From Octopus vulgaris (Eukaryota): a DNA stretch of 64,000 nucleotides. The translations under genes were made by a program, and so were the position numbers. Of the stretch, positions 1-12,119 are shown in pieces (positions within the stretch are counted from its first letter, which is position 1; the number at the start of each line of letters is the position of its first letter). The DNA lies in assembly GCA_951406725.2 (NCBI GenBank), contig OX597818.1, positions 19,840,001 to 19,904,000 of the forward strand, in the 5' to 3' direction. The notes under the pieces are model-generated. The model searched no databases. It saw nothing but the letters and a program-made list of their open reading frames with translations, and had not been told where the DNA came from.

Positions 1-195
1 TGACCAGTTGATCTAGCAAGCAGGGTCTCATTTCAGTGAGGGGTGCCCAATGATGCTGTCAAGAGATAGGTCCCGAAATGGCAGGCATTCTCTTCTAATG
101 GCCCCATAAACTTGCTAGCATCTGGTATGCAGAGCTTTCAACAGATAACACTTGCATTGCATGTTGTTTGCAAAAAAATATTTAAAAATATATAT

Positions 196-530
196 TCGAC
201 CCTGTGCTTGAGGAAACCTATTGAGTCAAGTACACCAACATCAAAAATCAATGGAAATTGTAGTTGTGATCCCTGTGCCAGTGGCATGTCAAAAGCACCA
301 TCTGGACGTGGCCAATGCCAGTGCCGCCTTGACTGGCTTCCATGCTGGTGGCATGTAAAAAGCACCAATCGAATCGTGGCCATTGCCAGCCTCACCTGGC
401 ACCTGTGCCAGTGGCATGTAAAAAGTACCCACTACACTCACGGAGTGGTTGGCATTATGAAGGGCATCCAGCTGTAGAAACACTGCCAGATCAGCCTTCT
501 GGTGCAGCCTTCTGGTTTCCCAGATCCGGT
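196..530 (+). mobile_element. 3' UTR fragment of the main RTE LINE family
   Basis: Contains gtggcatgtaaaaagcacc units and gagtggttggcattatgaagggcatccagctgtagaaac, matching the tails at 33190-33500 and 60330-60620. Confidence 0.8.
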
Positions 531-759
531 ATTTTAAATTTTTGTTGCATTTCTAATCTTTCTGATGTCTAAGGATGGATATTTATGCGTATGAATCTTT
601 TTCTTTTTATTTTCTTTCAAATATAATTCTAGGGAACTGAAAAAGCTGTGTACAATGCCGAGCGAATTTAGCTATTTACGATAAGCGGATGTTTACATTT
701 TAGCTATTTACATGTTTACGTTAACTACGTCACAAAATAGCTGTTTACGTCACAGTAAC

Positions 760-965
760 ACTATGCAGCTAAAGATTTCAGACCAAAACAGACAATACGA
801 TTGGTTAAAATTCGCAGATTTAAACTACGCTTAAACTTACAAAATAAAATTTTCTCAAAAAAACTAGTTGAAATTAATGTTTTCTTTTGACACATTCTAC
901 CAGTATACGAAGTTTCAAATTATTTAGTTAACTAGAAAAATCTGGCCTTCTTTTAGAAAAGATCC
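760..965. mobile_element. Non-coding dispersed repeat (probable DNA-transposon/MITE end); a second copy lies inverted at ~61860-62060
   Basis: ttgacacattctaccagtatacgaagttt...tttagtta is the approximate reverse complement of taactaaacactttcaaacttcggacactggtagaatgtgtca at ~61880. Confidence 0.5.
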
Positions 966-1273
966 TAAACATGTACACCTGTGAAAATTGTAATTCACCA
1001 TGTGACCTTATTACACGTGGTGACGTTACTGATGGAAAATGATGGCACTGCAAGCGTTGTAAAAGGAACAAATCTGTTCGTTACCGTTCATTTTTTGGAG
1101 AGAAGTCATATTTCGCCAGTGTTTATGTTGTGTAAAAAGTGTAAAGAAAAGTTGACTTATCTCCCCCTTAATTTTTATTTACTTTTTTAATCTAACCAAA
1201 CTGAACAATTACCTATGTATGTGTGTGTGTGTGTGCGTTTGTGTTTATATGTGTGTGTATATATATATGTATA

Positions 1274-1326
<53 letters not shown>

Positions 1327-1400
1327 AAATTAGGGAATAAATCCAAACTTACAGGGAAAAATCTGATTTAGGATTGAATCCAATTTTATAGTAAAATATT

Positions 1401-2017
1401 ATATTATATTAAATTAGAGACAAAACCACTATTATGCAAATCAAACAAAGAAAGACTTAAGCCAATACATAAATTAATTTATATTATTTAGAAATGTAAC
1501 AATTATTAATATCCACTACGATCGTTTCGTGTCTTCAGTCATCAAATCTTTGAGTAGTAGACATTCATCAGGTGGTTTCAGAATCTAAAATATAATCAAT
1601 ATTTTTAAGATATAAATAATCTATATAATCTAAAATAATAATTTACTTATAATAAACTCTATTATTAAATATGATTATATCGAAATCGACTATAATGTTA
1701 AATATTAACTTTAATTTATAAGGTAGAAAATCCATACTCTAATATCCATATTAGTCTATATCTACTTATATAGATATTTGAAATGACTAATATATATAAA
1801 TTATCAATGAAAATATATATAAATAAATATTATAATCAAGATCTAAAATAATCTCTATAAACGATTGTATATAATGAAAACCTAATATATTTAATTTCTC
1901 ATATTTAAAGATGAAATAGCTAATTTCAAAATAATATAAATTAATTTATGTATTGGCTTAAGTCTTTCTTTGTTTGATTTGCATAATAGTGGTTTTGTCT
2001 CTAATTTAATATAATAT
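1401..2017. repeat. 89-bp inverted repeat (1401-1489 / 1929-2017) enclosing an AT-rich segment with a hammerhead; Penelope pLTR-like
   Basis: Arms atattatattaaattagagacaaaaccact...aatttatattattt and its reverse complement. Inverted pLTR arrangements with hammerheads are typical of Penelope-like elements. Confidence 0.75.
1513..1575 (-). ncRNA. Type I hammerhead ribozyme (Penelope-type, short palindromic stem III)
   Basis: Minus strand reads CCAC-CTGATGA-atgtct...agacac-GAAAC-gatc-GTA-GTGG: complete core, stem I CCAC/GTGG, stem II TGTCT/AGACA, GUA cleavage triplet. Confidence 0.8.
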
Positions 2018-2022
2018 ATATT

Positions 2023-2210
2023 AACTGTTTCTTTTCTTTTATTTCAAGTTGATGGTCAAGGCAAAATCATCACAAGCTGAGTCAAATGCAGATACAAGAG
2101 ATTGCAGACCTGTTTCAGAATGACTGACAAGATCGCAATCATCAGCGTACAGAAGTTCTCTAATGAGTGAAGTAAAAACCTTCGTTTTGAATTTCAGTCT
2201 TGTCAAATTA
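2023..2210 (-). mobile_element. Near-identical ~185-bp duplicate of RT segment ~3736-3923 of the neighbouring RTE
   Basis: Same translation NLTRLKFKTKVFTSLIRELLYADDCDLVSHSETGLQSLVSAFDSACDDFALTINLK in ORFs 2039-2233 and 3681-4061. Confidence 0.85.
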
Positions 2211-2374
2211 ATATATATATAGAAATATTCCATTCCTAGTAATATATTATTAAATAAATACTATAAGTACTATAAACATAATTATGGATGGGAATAATTA
2301 TCTAATATAAATTATGCTATTAAATTAGACATGGCCTAAACCATCTTTAGTCGAAACATTTAAATATATATGTG

Positions 2375-2430
<56 letters not shown>

Positions 2431-2517
2431 TAATCCAAACAAGAAAACACAAAAAAATACAACAACGCGAGGACGTGGAACAAATATAGTATTATTGGAC
2501 GCTCAGGAAAGAAGGAG

Positions 2518-2554
2518 GGTTTAACGTTTCGAATGGAGCTCTTCGTCGGAAACA
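2518..2554 (-). ncRNA. Minimal variant hammerhead-like motif in a short repeat (~2428-2622) flanked by (TA)n
   Basis: Minus strand GTTT-CCGACGA-agagctccattc-GAAAC-GTTA-AAC; core variant CCGACGA and palindromic AACGTT stem III. Confidence 0.5.
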
Positions 2555-2664
2555 TAGGAGAAGGAAAGATCCAGAGAAGGGAAGACAGAGGGAAAAAAAT
2601 CACCAACGGTACACACGAGGTCATATATATATATGTATGTATGTATATATATATATATATGGTG

Positions 2665-4620
2665 ATTGTCTACTCCTTATACAGAGTTTGACCACCTCCT
2701 GTACCTACACCTTAGCACCATCATGGCATCTGATGTGCCATAGATTGCACCTCTGATTTGGACCACCGATACCTGCAGATAAGTTCTTGCTCTTTATGGA
2801 TCTTATCATGTCTTTTGAGGCCTCCATTGGATTTACAAACCTTCTGGCATATACTGCATTCAAAGGTGTGCACAGACATATAGGCAGAATAGTTGGTGGC
2901 GGTTCGTTTTCCATGCGTTCACAGATGAGATTTGAGGCCATCCAAAGACAGGCATGGTCTGTCACAGGCTGTGCACACAAAAAGGTCATTGTCATTCACC
3001 TTCTCGATCGTTACATTCTTCCTTAGATCTCTTCTGATTCTTACGCGTGTTATCCTGGCCTCTTCAAATGCTTTTATTCCACTCCATACCTTTGTTCGCC
3101 ATCCACCTTGAACTGAAGCGAGGGTTTCTATATCTTCTGGAACCATTCCAAGTAACTTCATAGTAGTCCTTATGCCGTCCTTAAACCTTTCTTTTAGGTT
3201 TATGCTGATAGCGTTTCCCTCCCTGCAAGCTCACCATAAAACAACTGTTTCAGCATGCGTTCATCTGCCATTTGAACAATATGGCCACACCATCTCAATT
3301 GGTTCCTCAAAATCATAGCTTTAATTGAGGTGATGCCTGCAGATGCAAGGACATCTGTGTTTGGGATAAAAGAACTCCATTTAATTTTTAAAATGCGATG
3401 AAGGCATTTTTGGTGGAATTGTTCTAACAGTTTAAAACGTCTTTCATAACAAGTCCAAGTTTCAAAGGAATACAACAGGGATGGTAAGACAAACGATTTG
3501 TAAAGATCCAGCTTTGTATTCTTATTTATATGTCGCTGGCACCGAAGGCATAACTCCAAGCCACCAAATGCTTTTGCTGTCCTGTGAATTCGCAGCTGTA
3601 TTTCTGTATCAAGATTTCCATCATTTTGAACAGAGCTTCCAAGGTAGACGAGTGAATCAACAACCTCAAGTAACTTCCCCTTAAGAAAAATTTAAGGGGT
3701 TACTAACAGCACTATACAAAGGTTGATGCATTACAACTGTTTCTTTTCTTGTTTTTTTCAAGTTGATGGTCAAGGCAAAATCATCACAAGCTGAGTCAAA
3801 TGCAGATACAAGAGATTGCAGACCTGTTTCAGAATGACTGACAAGATCGCAATCGTCAGCATACAAAAGTTCCCTAATGAGTGAAGTAAAAACCTTCGTT
3901 TTGAATTTCAGTCTTGTCAAATTAAAAACATTCCCTGTTGTTCGATATTTTATGTAAATACTCTCCTCAGAGTTTTGAAAAGCATGTGACAACACAAGAG
4001 CAGAGTATATTGCAAAGAGGGTGGGTGCATCAAGGTCTCCTTGCTTTACTCCATTTTCCACAGCAAAAGATTCAGAGAGCCTACCACCAAAATTAACTCT
4101 AGCTTTATATCTTTATGCAAAGCCCTGATCATGTTTACAAATTTTTCTGGGCAATCTATTTTCCTTAGAATTAGCCACAGAGCATTTCGATTAACTGTAT
4201 CGAATGTGTTGCTCAAATCAACAAAGCGATGGTATAGAGCAAAATTCTGTTCAGTGCACTTTTCTTGTAATTGTCTGGCAATAAAGATACAATTAGCTGT
4301 GCCCCTGGAGGAACGAAAACCACACCGAGACTCAGACACTCTATTTGGGACTATAAAGGTATTTAAATGTTTTAACAAAACATGGGCAAGTACCTTTCCA
4401 ACCACAGACAAATGCGAAATCCCACGAAAATTACTACAGATCCTTTGGCCCCGATTCATACAAGAAGACTAAAATGGCATCAAACCAGTTTTGAGGCACT
4501 TTCTCAGTTCTCCAACAGTGACAAATTAATATATTTAAGAGTTCGAACATTTTGTCACCCCCATATTTCAAGACTTCTGCTCAGATTCTATCAGAATCTG
4601 GAGACTCCCAAGTAAAGCTT
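2665..4620 (-). mobile_element. Degenerate 5'-truncated RTE (BovB-like) LINE
   Basis: Frameshifted RT pieces NFRGISHLSVVGK, QLQEKCTEQ, GVKQG, ELLYADD, LRWCGHI, and a C-terminal CTACDRPCLSLDGLKSH zinc-finger-like motif. Confidence 0.9.
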
Positions 4621-4639
4621 ACACTAGGTATCCGGAAAA

Positions 4640-5670
4640 GAGATGTAATGGAGTGTATGATATGAGGTAACGAGAATGGCTCTTTTGTACCACAACAAAC
4701 AACCGTTACAATAAAGAGAAATTGAATAGAACAAATGGACTTCAGCAGGGCTGTGTATTTTCCCTTTTCATAATTTCCATAATTTCCATGATTTGGATTG
4801 ATATGCGCAGCCATTGTAGAAGTATCACAATCAGTGAGTATAGGATTGGTCGACTGATATTTGCAGACGACATGGTGCCACTTTGCTCATCAGAAGGTGA
4901 TCTTCGACCTGCACTAAATGGGTTTACTGCAAGGCTTGCAAGGCAGGGATGAAAATTAGTGTTACAAAGACAGGCATTGGTCCTCTAAAACGAGTCTTCT
5001 CAGTGCACACTGCTTGTTAGAGGAACGTTACTGAGATAAGCGGTGAAGTGTAAGTATTTCGGGTCTGAATGCACAAATGATGGAAGGTAGGATGCTAAAT
5101 TGGGTGTTAGAATTCCAGGTTCTGATACAGTAATGCGCTGGCACCAGCATTCGATCCTCAGAAAAGGAGAGGTTATAAAAAAAGAGCCAAACTCGCTATC
5201 TTCATTTCGATTCTTGTACCTTTCTTCACCTACGATCGTGAGTGGTGGGTAACGACCAAAACAGTACGATTGCGAATACAGGCAACCGAAATAGGATCCC
5301 TTCGAGGAACCTCTAGAGTAACGTTACTTGACAGGGTACAAATCTCAAAGATCAGGGAGTCTCTCCAGGTTGAACTGCTACTTTTCCGCATGGAGGGATC
5401 GCAGCTCCACTACTATGGACATGTGACTAGAATGTCGCCGGAAAGAATTACAAAACGGGTTCTTCAAGCCGAGCCAATGAGCTGGAGACCTAGGGATTGG
5501 CCAGAAACAAGATGTATGGATAAAGTGCATAGCCTCAGTTGTTCTCGTTTGGGAATGCAGCCAGAAGTCTAATGAGGGTTGCCTCTGATAGGACCCTATG
5601 GAAGAGGTGCCTGGGACTCTACCCCAAACTCTCCCAGGAATAGTGATCACAGAAAAGAGAAAATAGATGG
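4640..5670 (+). mobile_element. Degenerate RTE (Expander/Rex3-like) LINE 3' fragment
   Basis: GLQQGCVFS, LIFADDMV and SQLHYYGHVTRM motifs, with stops and frameshifts. Confidence 0.8.
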
Positions 5671-6519
5671 ATGGAGGTGGATATATAATACGAGAACATG
5701 AAGCAGCAAAGGTCAATATAAAGATGTGTACAGTTGCTGCTCACTAGAATGTGAAAGGCATTTGCTGCAGGAAAAAATTTCTACAACTCTCAGGTAACCA
5801 ATTTCATCAACTCTGCCATGTCAAGTTTTGTTTGTCTTGATGTTTCTCAAAACTGACTTTGTAGCATTTTGTCAAGGCCCTTTTGAAAAAATCCTTCACA
5901 TTCACTGCCTACTTTGTTTTCAACTCCATTATTAATGTTCACATTGATATTTCCTCAATTACTTATAAATTTTGACATAAAACCGTTAACAGAAGTATCC
6001 CATTTCACAGTACAACATACATTATTTCAATTTTCATTGCATCCTGTCCCTAAAATACTAATCTTTGTTACTGTTTCTCCTCATAAATTCGTAACGTAAG
6101 ATTAGTTTTTATGATACAAGAAAAGAGAAAGCTGACTTTATGAACTGAGCCCTTTTTGTTTAAGTTCCACAAACTTAATTTGTTTACAAAAACTGCGTTT
6201 AACTGACACAGACCATACATTGTTTCTTCAAACTCTTGTTAAAAATACTTTTTATCATTCTCTATAATTTTATCTATATTAAATATATTTTATCTCTTTT
6301 TTTAAACATTTTCTTTCATAATTTTCTTGAGATGTAAATGTTTCTGCAAATAGGAAAATCAGATATTTTAATCCTGGATACTGTTTTACCTGCTTAACTA
6401 CAAAGTAGATTTAGCAGTTGTTTACAAATAATAAGATGAAAAGTAAAACCTGTGGGGATATTTTCAACTACGTCTAATGAATGAATCATCAATTTACAGC
6501 AGGTATGGATAACCTACAG

Positions 6520-6830
6520 GGAGGTGCAATGGCCCAGTGGTTAGGGCAGCAGAATCGCTGTTGGAGGATTGCGGTTTCGATTCCCAGACCAGGCGCTGTG
6601 TGTGTTTATTGAATGAAAATAGCTAAAAGCTCCATGAGGCTCCGGCAGGGGGGGGGCGACTCTTGTTGTACTCTTTCACCACATCTTTCTCTCACTCTCT
6701 CTTCTTGTTTCTTGAGTAACGCTGTGATGGACTGGCATCCCATCCAGCTGGGGGGAACACTTACACCACAGAAACCAGGAAACCAGGCCCACGAGCCTGG
6801 CTAGGCTTGAAAAGGGTGATGTTTATCGTT
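6520..6830 (+). mobile_element. tRNA-derived SINE (family 1); inverted partial copy at ~40300-40415
   Basis: A-box tggcccagtgg and B-box-like gtttcgattcc; the 3' part ccagctgggggaacac...gagcctggctaggcttgaaaagggt recurs reversed at 40.3 kb. Confidence 0.75.
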
Positions 6831-8365
6831 ATGGATAGCCTACAGCACTCAGACCACATGCAGGCTTCAATAACATTTTGTATGCTGTGATTATATAAAC
6901 CTAGCATTTTAGCACAAAATTTTAATTTCTTTTTACACCTGAATCTGTTGATTTAACAATTTTTATTTCCTCATTCAATAATGCTTTCTCTTAAGCTTTG
7001 GTGAAAGAAGACGATTCTTCAATTTATGGACCTGAAGTAAATCTCTGCCTAGATTCAACACTGGGACTTATTTATTAATTGCAGTTATGAATTTTGTAAT
7101 AAGCATGAACTGAGAACATCAAAAAGAATCTTCTCAATTAACTCATAAGACTTTTGAATTTAGCACAAAACACAGTTTGAGATTCTTTAAATAGTTTTAT
7201 TGATATGAAATATATTTACATCTTGTGAATCAAGCACACATCACATCACGCATACACACACATCACACGCTCACATACATCACACACACACATCACTCAC
7301 ACACACATACACATACATACATACATACATATATACATTCATACATACATACATACATATATACATTCATACATACATACATACATACATACATACAACA
7401 GTTCTTTGTGACATATGTACATGACAATGATTAGCAACACATCTATATCAATTATTTATGACACGCCTACAACAGTGATTTGTGACATACACATGTGTCA
7501 CCAATTTGTAACAGGTCTGTATCAGTTACTTGTGATATAAATGTATGTTTGTGTCTCAGGATTATCTGCAATGTTCCAGCAAATTGTGACACATACCATT
7601 ATTGCAGATTTATGATACAGCTCTTTACAACTTCATTTTACAGGAATTAATCTGCAATTTGCAACATACATTTACACATAATAGCAATTTTAATTTGGAA
7701 CCCTTTATAGGTAACAGGTAGCAGTAATGGAAATTTTCACACGAAATATTTACAGCTACTTGAAGATGTATAATTTAATTAAAAAATATTCCTTGTGATA
7801 AATATGTAACTGTAAATTATGATGGATATATAGCTGTAAATTGCAACAAACACTTGTAATTTCTGTTAAGCATGTATTTGTAAAATCTTTGAGCTAAAGA
7901 TATTAGAAATATTTACAGCTGTTTGCCAAATAAATGTATCTGAAATGAGAAGAAAGAAAAAATATTTAGTAAATCATTGAATGATATGTTGATGTAGTTG
8001 TGGATATTATTGTGTTATGTTTTAAAAATATAGTAAACTAATTCATTGTCTATAATATAACAAAGAATAACACTTGTGTATATAATGTTGTGTCTGGGGA
8101 GAGTCATTCTCTTTTATTGCCTTGTAATTTAACACACTCACTAGTAAAATTTCCACTTATTTCCTACTTTATTTTTCTAAAATTTTCGTTATGCCTTGCA
8201 ATCTTTTCAATAGTTTTGATTCTGTCTGTTATTCACACTGCATTCCTTTTTGTTTGTTTGTGTGCATGTCTGTGGTTTAGTGTGTGTGTATGTGTGTGTG
8301 TATACATGCATGTGTGTATGCATGTATTTATGTGTGTATGTATGTACATTCTCTATAATATATTA

Positions 8366-8600
8366 AGGCGGCGAGCTGGCAGAAACATTAGCACGCCGGG
8401 CAGCGAGATGCTTAGCAGTATTTCGTCTGTTGTTACGTTCTGAGTTCAAATTCCGCCGAGGTCGACTTTGCCTTTCATCCTTTCGGGGTTGATAAATTAA
8501 GTACCAGTTATGCACTGGGGTCGATATAATTGACTTAATCCGTTTGTCTGTCCTTGTTTGTCCCCTCTGTGTGTAGCCCCTTGTGGGCAGTAAAGAAATT
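8366..8600 (+). mobile_element. tRNA-derived SINE (family 2); further copies at ~23550-23765, ~55220-55430 and a fragment at ~18480-18545 (-)
   Basis: aggcggcgagctggcagaa...gagttcaaattccgccgaggtcgactttgcctttcatcc shared by all copies; B-box gttcaaattc. Confidence 0.8.
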
Positions 8601-8611
8601 AGATGTAAGTA

Positions 8612-8691
<80 letters not shown>

Positions 8692-10189
8692 TATATGTAT
8701 ATGTATATATATGTATATACACATGTATGTAAGCGTATGGATATGAAAGTGAACAGATCGACATACAGACAGATAGGTACATAGGTTATATGAACAGACA
8801 AGCACACATACACAAATGAAGACTGAAACACATGACCATCTATACCACACACATTTTATTTCACACAAGGACACATGAAGACACACGTCCACACATATGG
8901 AGATACATATTCATGCATACAAACACGGTACATAGTTGCAAAACACACACACACACATGCACAAAACCACACATGCACAAAACCACACAAACACGAACAT
9001 GCAAACACATGAATATGCAAAATACATACATACAAATGTACATACATACACACATAAATGCATGCTTACACACATGCATGCATACATACATACATGCATG
9101 TATATGCACACACACACATACACACACACTAGAAGTAAGAAGTTTCAACTACCCAAAATCTACCAATGCATCTACATTCACAGCACAAAAAAAAAAACCA
9201 CTCACGGATTATTTAAGTCATATAATGAATGCTTAATTGGTCCATCAATGAGGATTTCTATATCTCTGCAAAACAAACAAAAATTATACTTGTAGAAATA
9301 TTTATTGCCAGAAAGTTACCAGAAGTACAAAGTTTCTGGCACTAAATTTAGGAGCTCAAACTGTACTACATATATTGTTTTCAAGGTGTTATTGTTGTTG
9401 CAGTTGTAAATGTTGTTGCTGAGTTATCCTTGTCAACCCTGCTCAAGTAAAATTATGTATTAGGCTTAGGAGTGATTTGTGACTTCAGTGTATCAGATAT
9501 TTCAGGCTATCATTCAATATTTGGTTAAAAGAGGCCATTTTTCATTATTGTCCTTTAGAACCAAGTCAACCCTGATCTAGTTGACTTTTGAGCAATGGTA
9601 TTCCAACTATGACCATCCTGTTTTTGTATTCAGACATATCATATTATATCAAGAATACATTATTAAAAGTCTCCTTCCTTCTACTAAGTTAATATGGTGG
9701 AATTTCTAGAAAGTCAAATGATGACACAGAATCCTGCCCACATGAAGCTTCTTCATAGTTTAGTGTTATCATTCCTCTCAGCAAACTATTTTAATGACAA
9801 TGATATTATCTTGGCCTACATATATATCCAGGAATTAAACACCTCCTGATGATGACGAGGGACCAACTTGATTGAAACATAAATTGTAGATTTTATTTAT
9901 GGTCTAGTTTAATACTACCATTCAATATTTGTGTTCCTTTAACAGAGTCCACTTTGTTGAAAACATTTGTGTCACATCTCTGTATTGAGAATAACTTCTC
10001 TTCCTACCACTAATCTCAGAATCCCTCCACCCAATAAAAAATTAAAATAAGGGCTTAAAATATCACCTTTCCTTCTCCAACTAAGCAGTACAAAAAAAAA
10101 AGGTGAATTTTGTAAAATTTATACTCTAATGTGGTGGTCAATAATCTGGAAAGTCATCATCTTAGTATATTGATCAGTAGCTATATAGT

Positions 10190-10395
10190 TTAGAAGTACA
10201 AATCACCTATCCTGGAGCATAATTTGCTCGTCCTGGACTATAAATTCTTCGTCCTGGAGTACGAATCACCAACCCTAGAGTATAAAATGCCTATCCTGGA
10301 GTACAAATTGCTCCTCCTGGAGTATAAATTATTTGCCATGGAGTATTACTTCACCATCATAGCATAGTACTTCCTACCTTTGAGTACAAATTAAT
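10190..10395. repeat. Degenerate 21-bp tandem repeat (cctggagtayaaatt...), about 8-9 units
   Basis: cctgga/cctaga recurs at 21-nt spacing from about 10212 to 10340. Confidence 0.8.
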
Positions 10396-10487
10396 CCACC
10401 AGAATGTTCTACTCCACCACCTACCGGTACTAATACCCAATAAGATGTACAGCTCTCCTATCTGTAATGGTGCACATTGTTGAATCA

Positions 10488-10506
10488 TCAAAATATTTGA
10501 TGGTAC
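10488..10506 (-). CDS. Candidate terminal coding exon of membrane protein B (..K-YHQIF*); alternative acceptor at 10541 gives ..N-YYLSHGM*
   Basis: attattttag acceptor in phase 2 after exon 10702-10729. The competing acceptor tactttctgtttgtag makes the choice ambiguous. Confidence 0.35.
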
Positions 10507-10701
10507 CTAAAATAATTCACATCCCATGTGACAAGTAATAACTACAAACAGAAAGTACATTCAATCACTGAACATCTTCTCGTATCTTAATTCAATTGAT
10601 TTTACTAGATAAGTCTATACCAGTTTTCTATCATAGTACTTCTACAAACTTTCAGGGTATTAAAAGATGGTAACAAAAATTAATAAATTTTCAGGACTTA
10701 C

Positions 10702-10729
10702 TTGGGTGTCTCGCTTGCAGGAGTGATTA
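10702..10729 (-). CDS. Small cytoplasmic-tail exon of membrane protein B (VITPASETP)
   Basis: Long poly-T tract + ccag acceptor, gtaagt donor, open in phase 1. Confidence 0.7.
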
Positions 10730-11854
10730 CTGGAAAAAAAAAAAAAAAAAAAAAACATTATTGGGTATATCTTTTAAAATCAAAACATTTAGAAAAATCC
10801 ACTTGATAGTTTAATGGTGACTTTGGAGATGGATTTCTAAAGACTATACTTTGCTTCAAATTAAAATCGAAGAAACTCTATTAATGAAGGGAATGAAAGA
10901 TTCAGGAATTCCTTCTGTTAAAAGAATGAGGAGAATTTCAAAAACTAAGGATAAAAATTATGCTCTAAATCCCCTTCCTTCCCTTCCTCCTCCTCCTCCT
11001 CCTCCTTATCATCATCATCATCATCTTTTTTTTTAACATCCATTTTTGTATACTCACATGGGTTGAACAGGATATTTTGAAGCAATGGCTTACAGCCATA
11101 TGCCCTTCTCAATGCTAACCCTTTGAGTTAACTCTTATAAGCAGAAGGTATACAGTGTAACTTTTCTAACAATCAGAATATACACAATATGAATAGCATT
11201 ATTGCAAATACGACTATAATTACAAAATGCAACATGCTGTCTCAAGCTTTCTTTTGAATTTTTTTATATTCCTGTGGAATGTAGATCTAGGATTCAAAAT
11301 CAAAAAGAGTGAGATGAGCCCCATACCACATCCAGGTATTGACTATTTATTCTAATATGCAGCAATCATTATCTTTATTAAGGTACAAAATATTAAATCT
11401 GTAACCTTATTCAAAATAAATTGGACACAGAATTTCAAATGAGCAATCCTTGCTGGTATTTTTAATTTAATATTTAATTACTGAGTTATTCTTAACTTTG
11501 AAGATAATTTTCCTCCCAGTGACTATAGATTAGATATGTTTTTGATGGATTAAATACTTTTATAGATAATCATTTGAGATGGAATGATCAAGAAATTGTT
11601 TTGTGCAGAGTGTGTTGGATTAATTTAAACCACACTAAACACTTTTCCCAACTTTTGCTCCTCAGATCATTCACCCGCCTGGAATCTCTTCCTCACTCAC
11701 ATATTTCTGAAAACACCATCCTACAGTGCTCAAGTTAGCCACACCAGTCTCACACACCTGGATGGAGGACTAGTTACAAGTCATAGCTATGGCCACTGAT
11801 TAATTTATAAAAATGAAAAGTAAAATAATTTATAAATCAAAGAGAATACATTAC

Positions 11855-11887
11855 CTATTCTTGGAATAATTTTCTGAGATTTTAATT
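11855..11887 (-). CDS. 33-nt phase-1/phase-1 cytoplasmic exon of membrane protein B (ELKSQKIIPRI)
   Basis: ttttttcttatag acceptor, gtaatg donor, in frame with the TM exon. Confidence 0.65.
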
Positions 11888-12119
11888 CTATAAGAAAAAA
11901 AAATTTTAATATTTTATATCAAATATGAAATCATTTCACTTTTTTTAAAACCAAAAATACATATTTTACACATATCAAATTGTCTTATTTATTTTGCATC
12001 AATATTATAATACTTAGGACTCAGCAAGTGATTTTCCTATTCCCAACAACATAGTTGAATGTACCTTTGGTACTGTTGTGGATATATTAACTAAAAATGA
12101 GGATGTCTCAACATTTGTG

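Noticed and set aside
6520-6600. tRNA gene
   Set aside because: A/B boxes belong to SINE heads; no complete cloverleaf and the sequence continues into a repeated SINE body.
7225-9295. His/Thr/Tyr- or Cys/Val-rich ORFs (also at 14.3, 16.8, 19.8-20.7, 38.6, 40.9 and 43.3 kb)
   Set aside because: Products of (CA)n, (TA)n and (CATA)n microsatellites.
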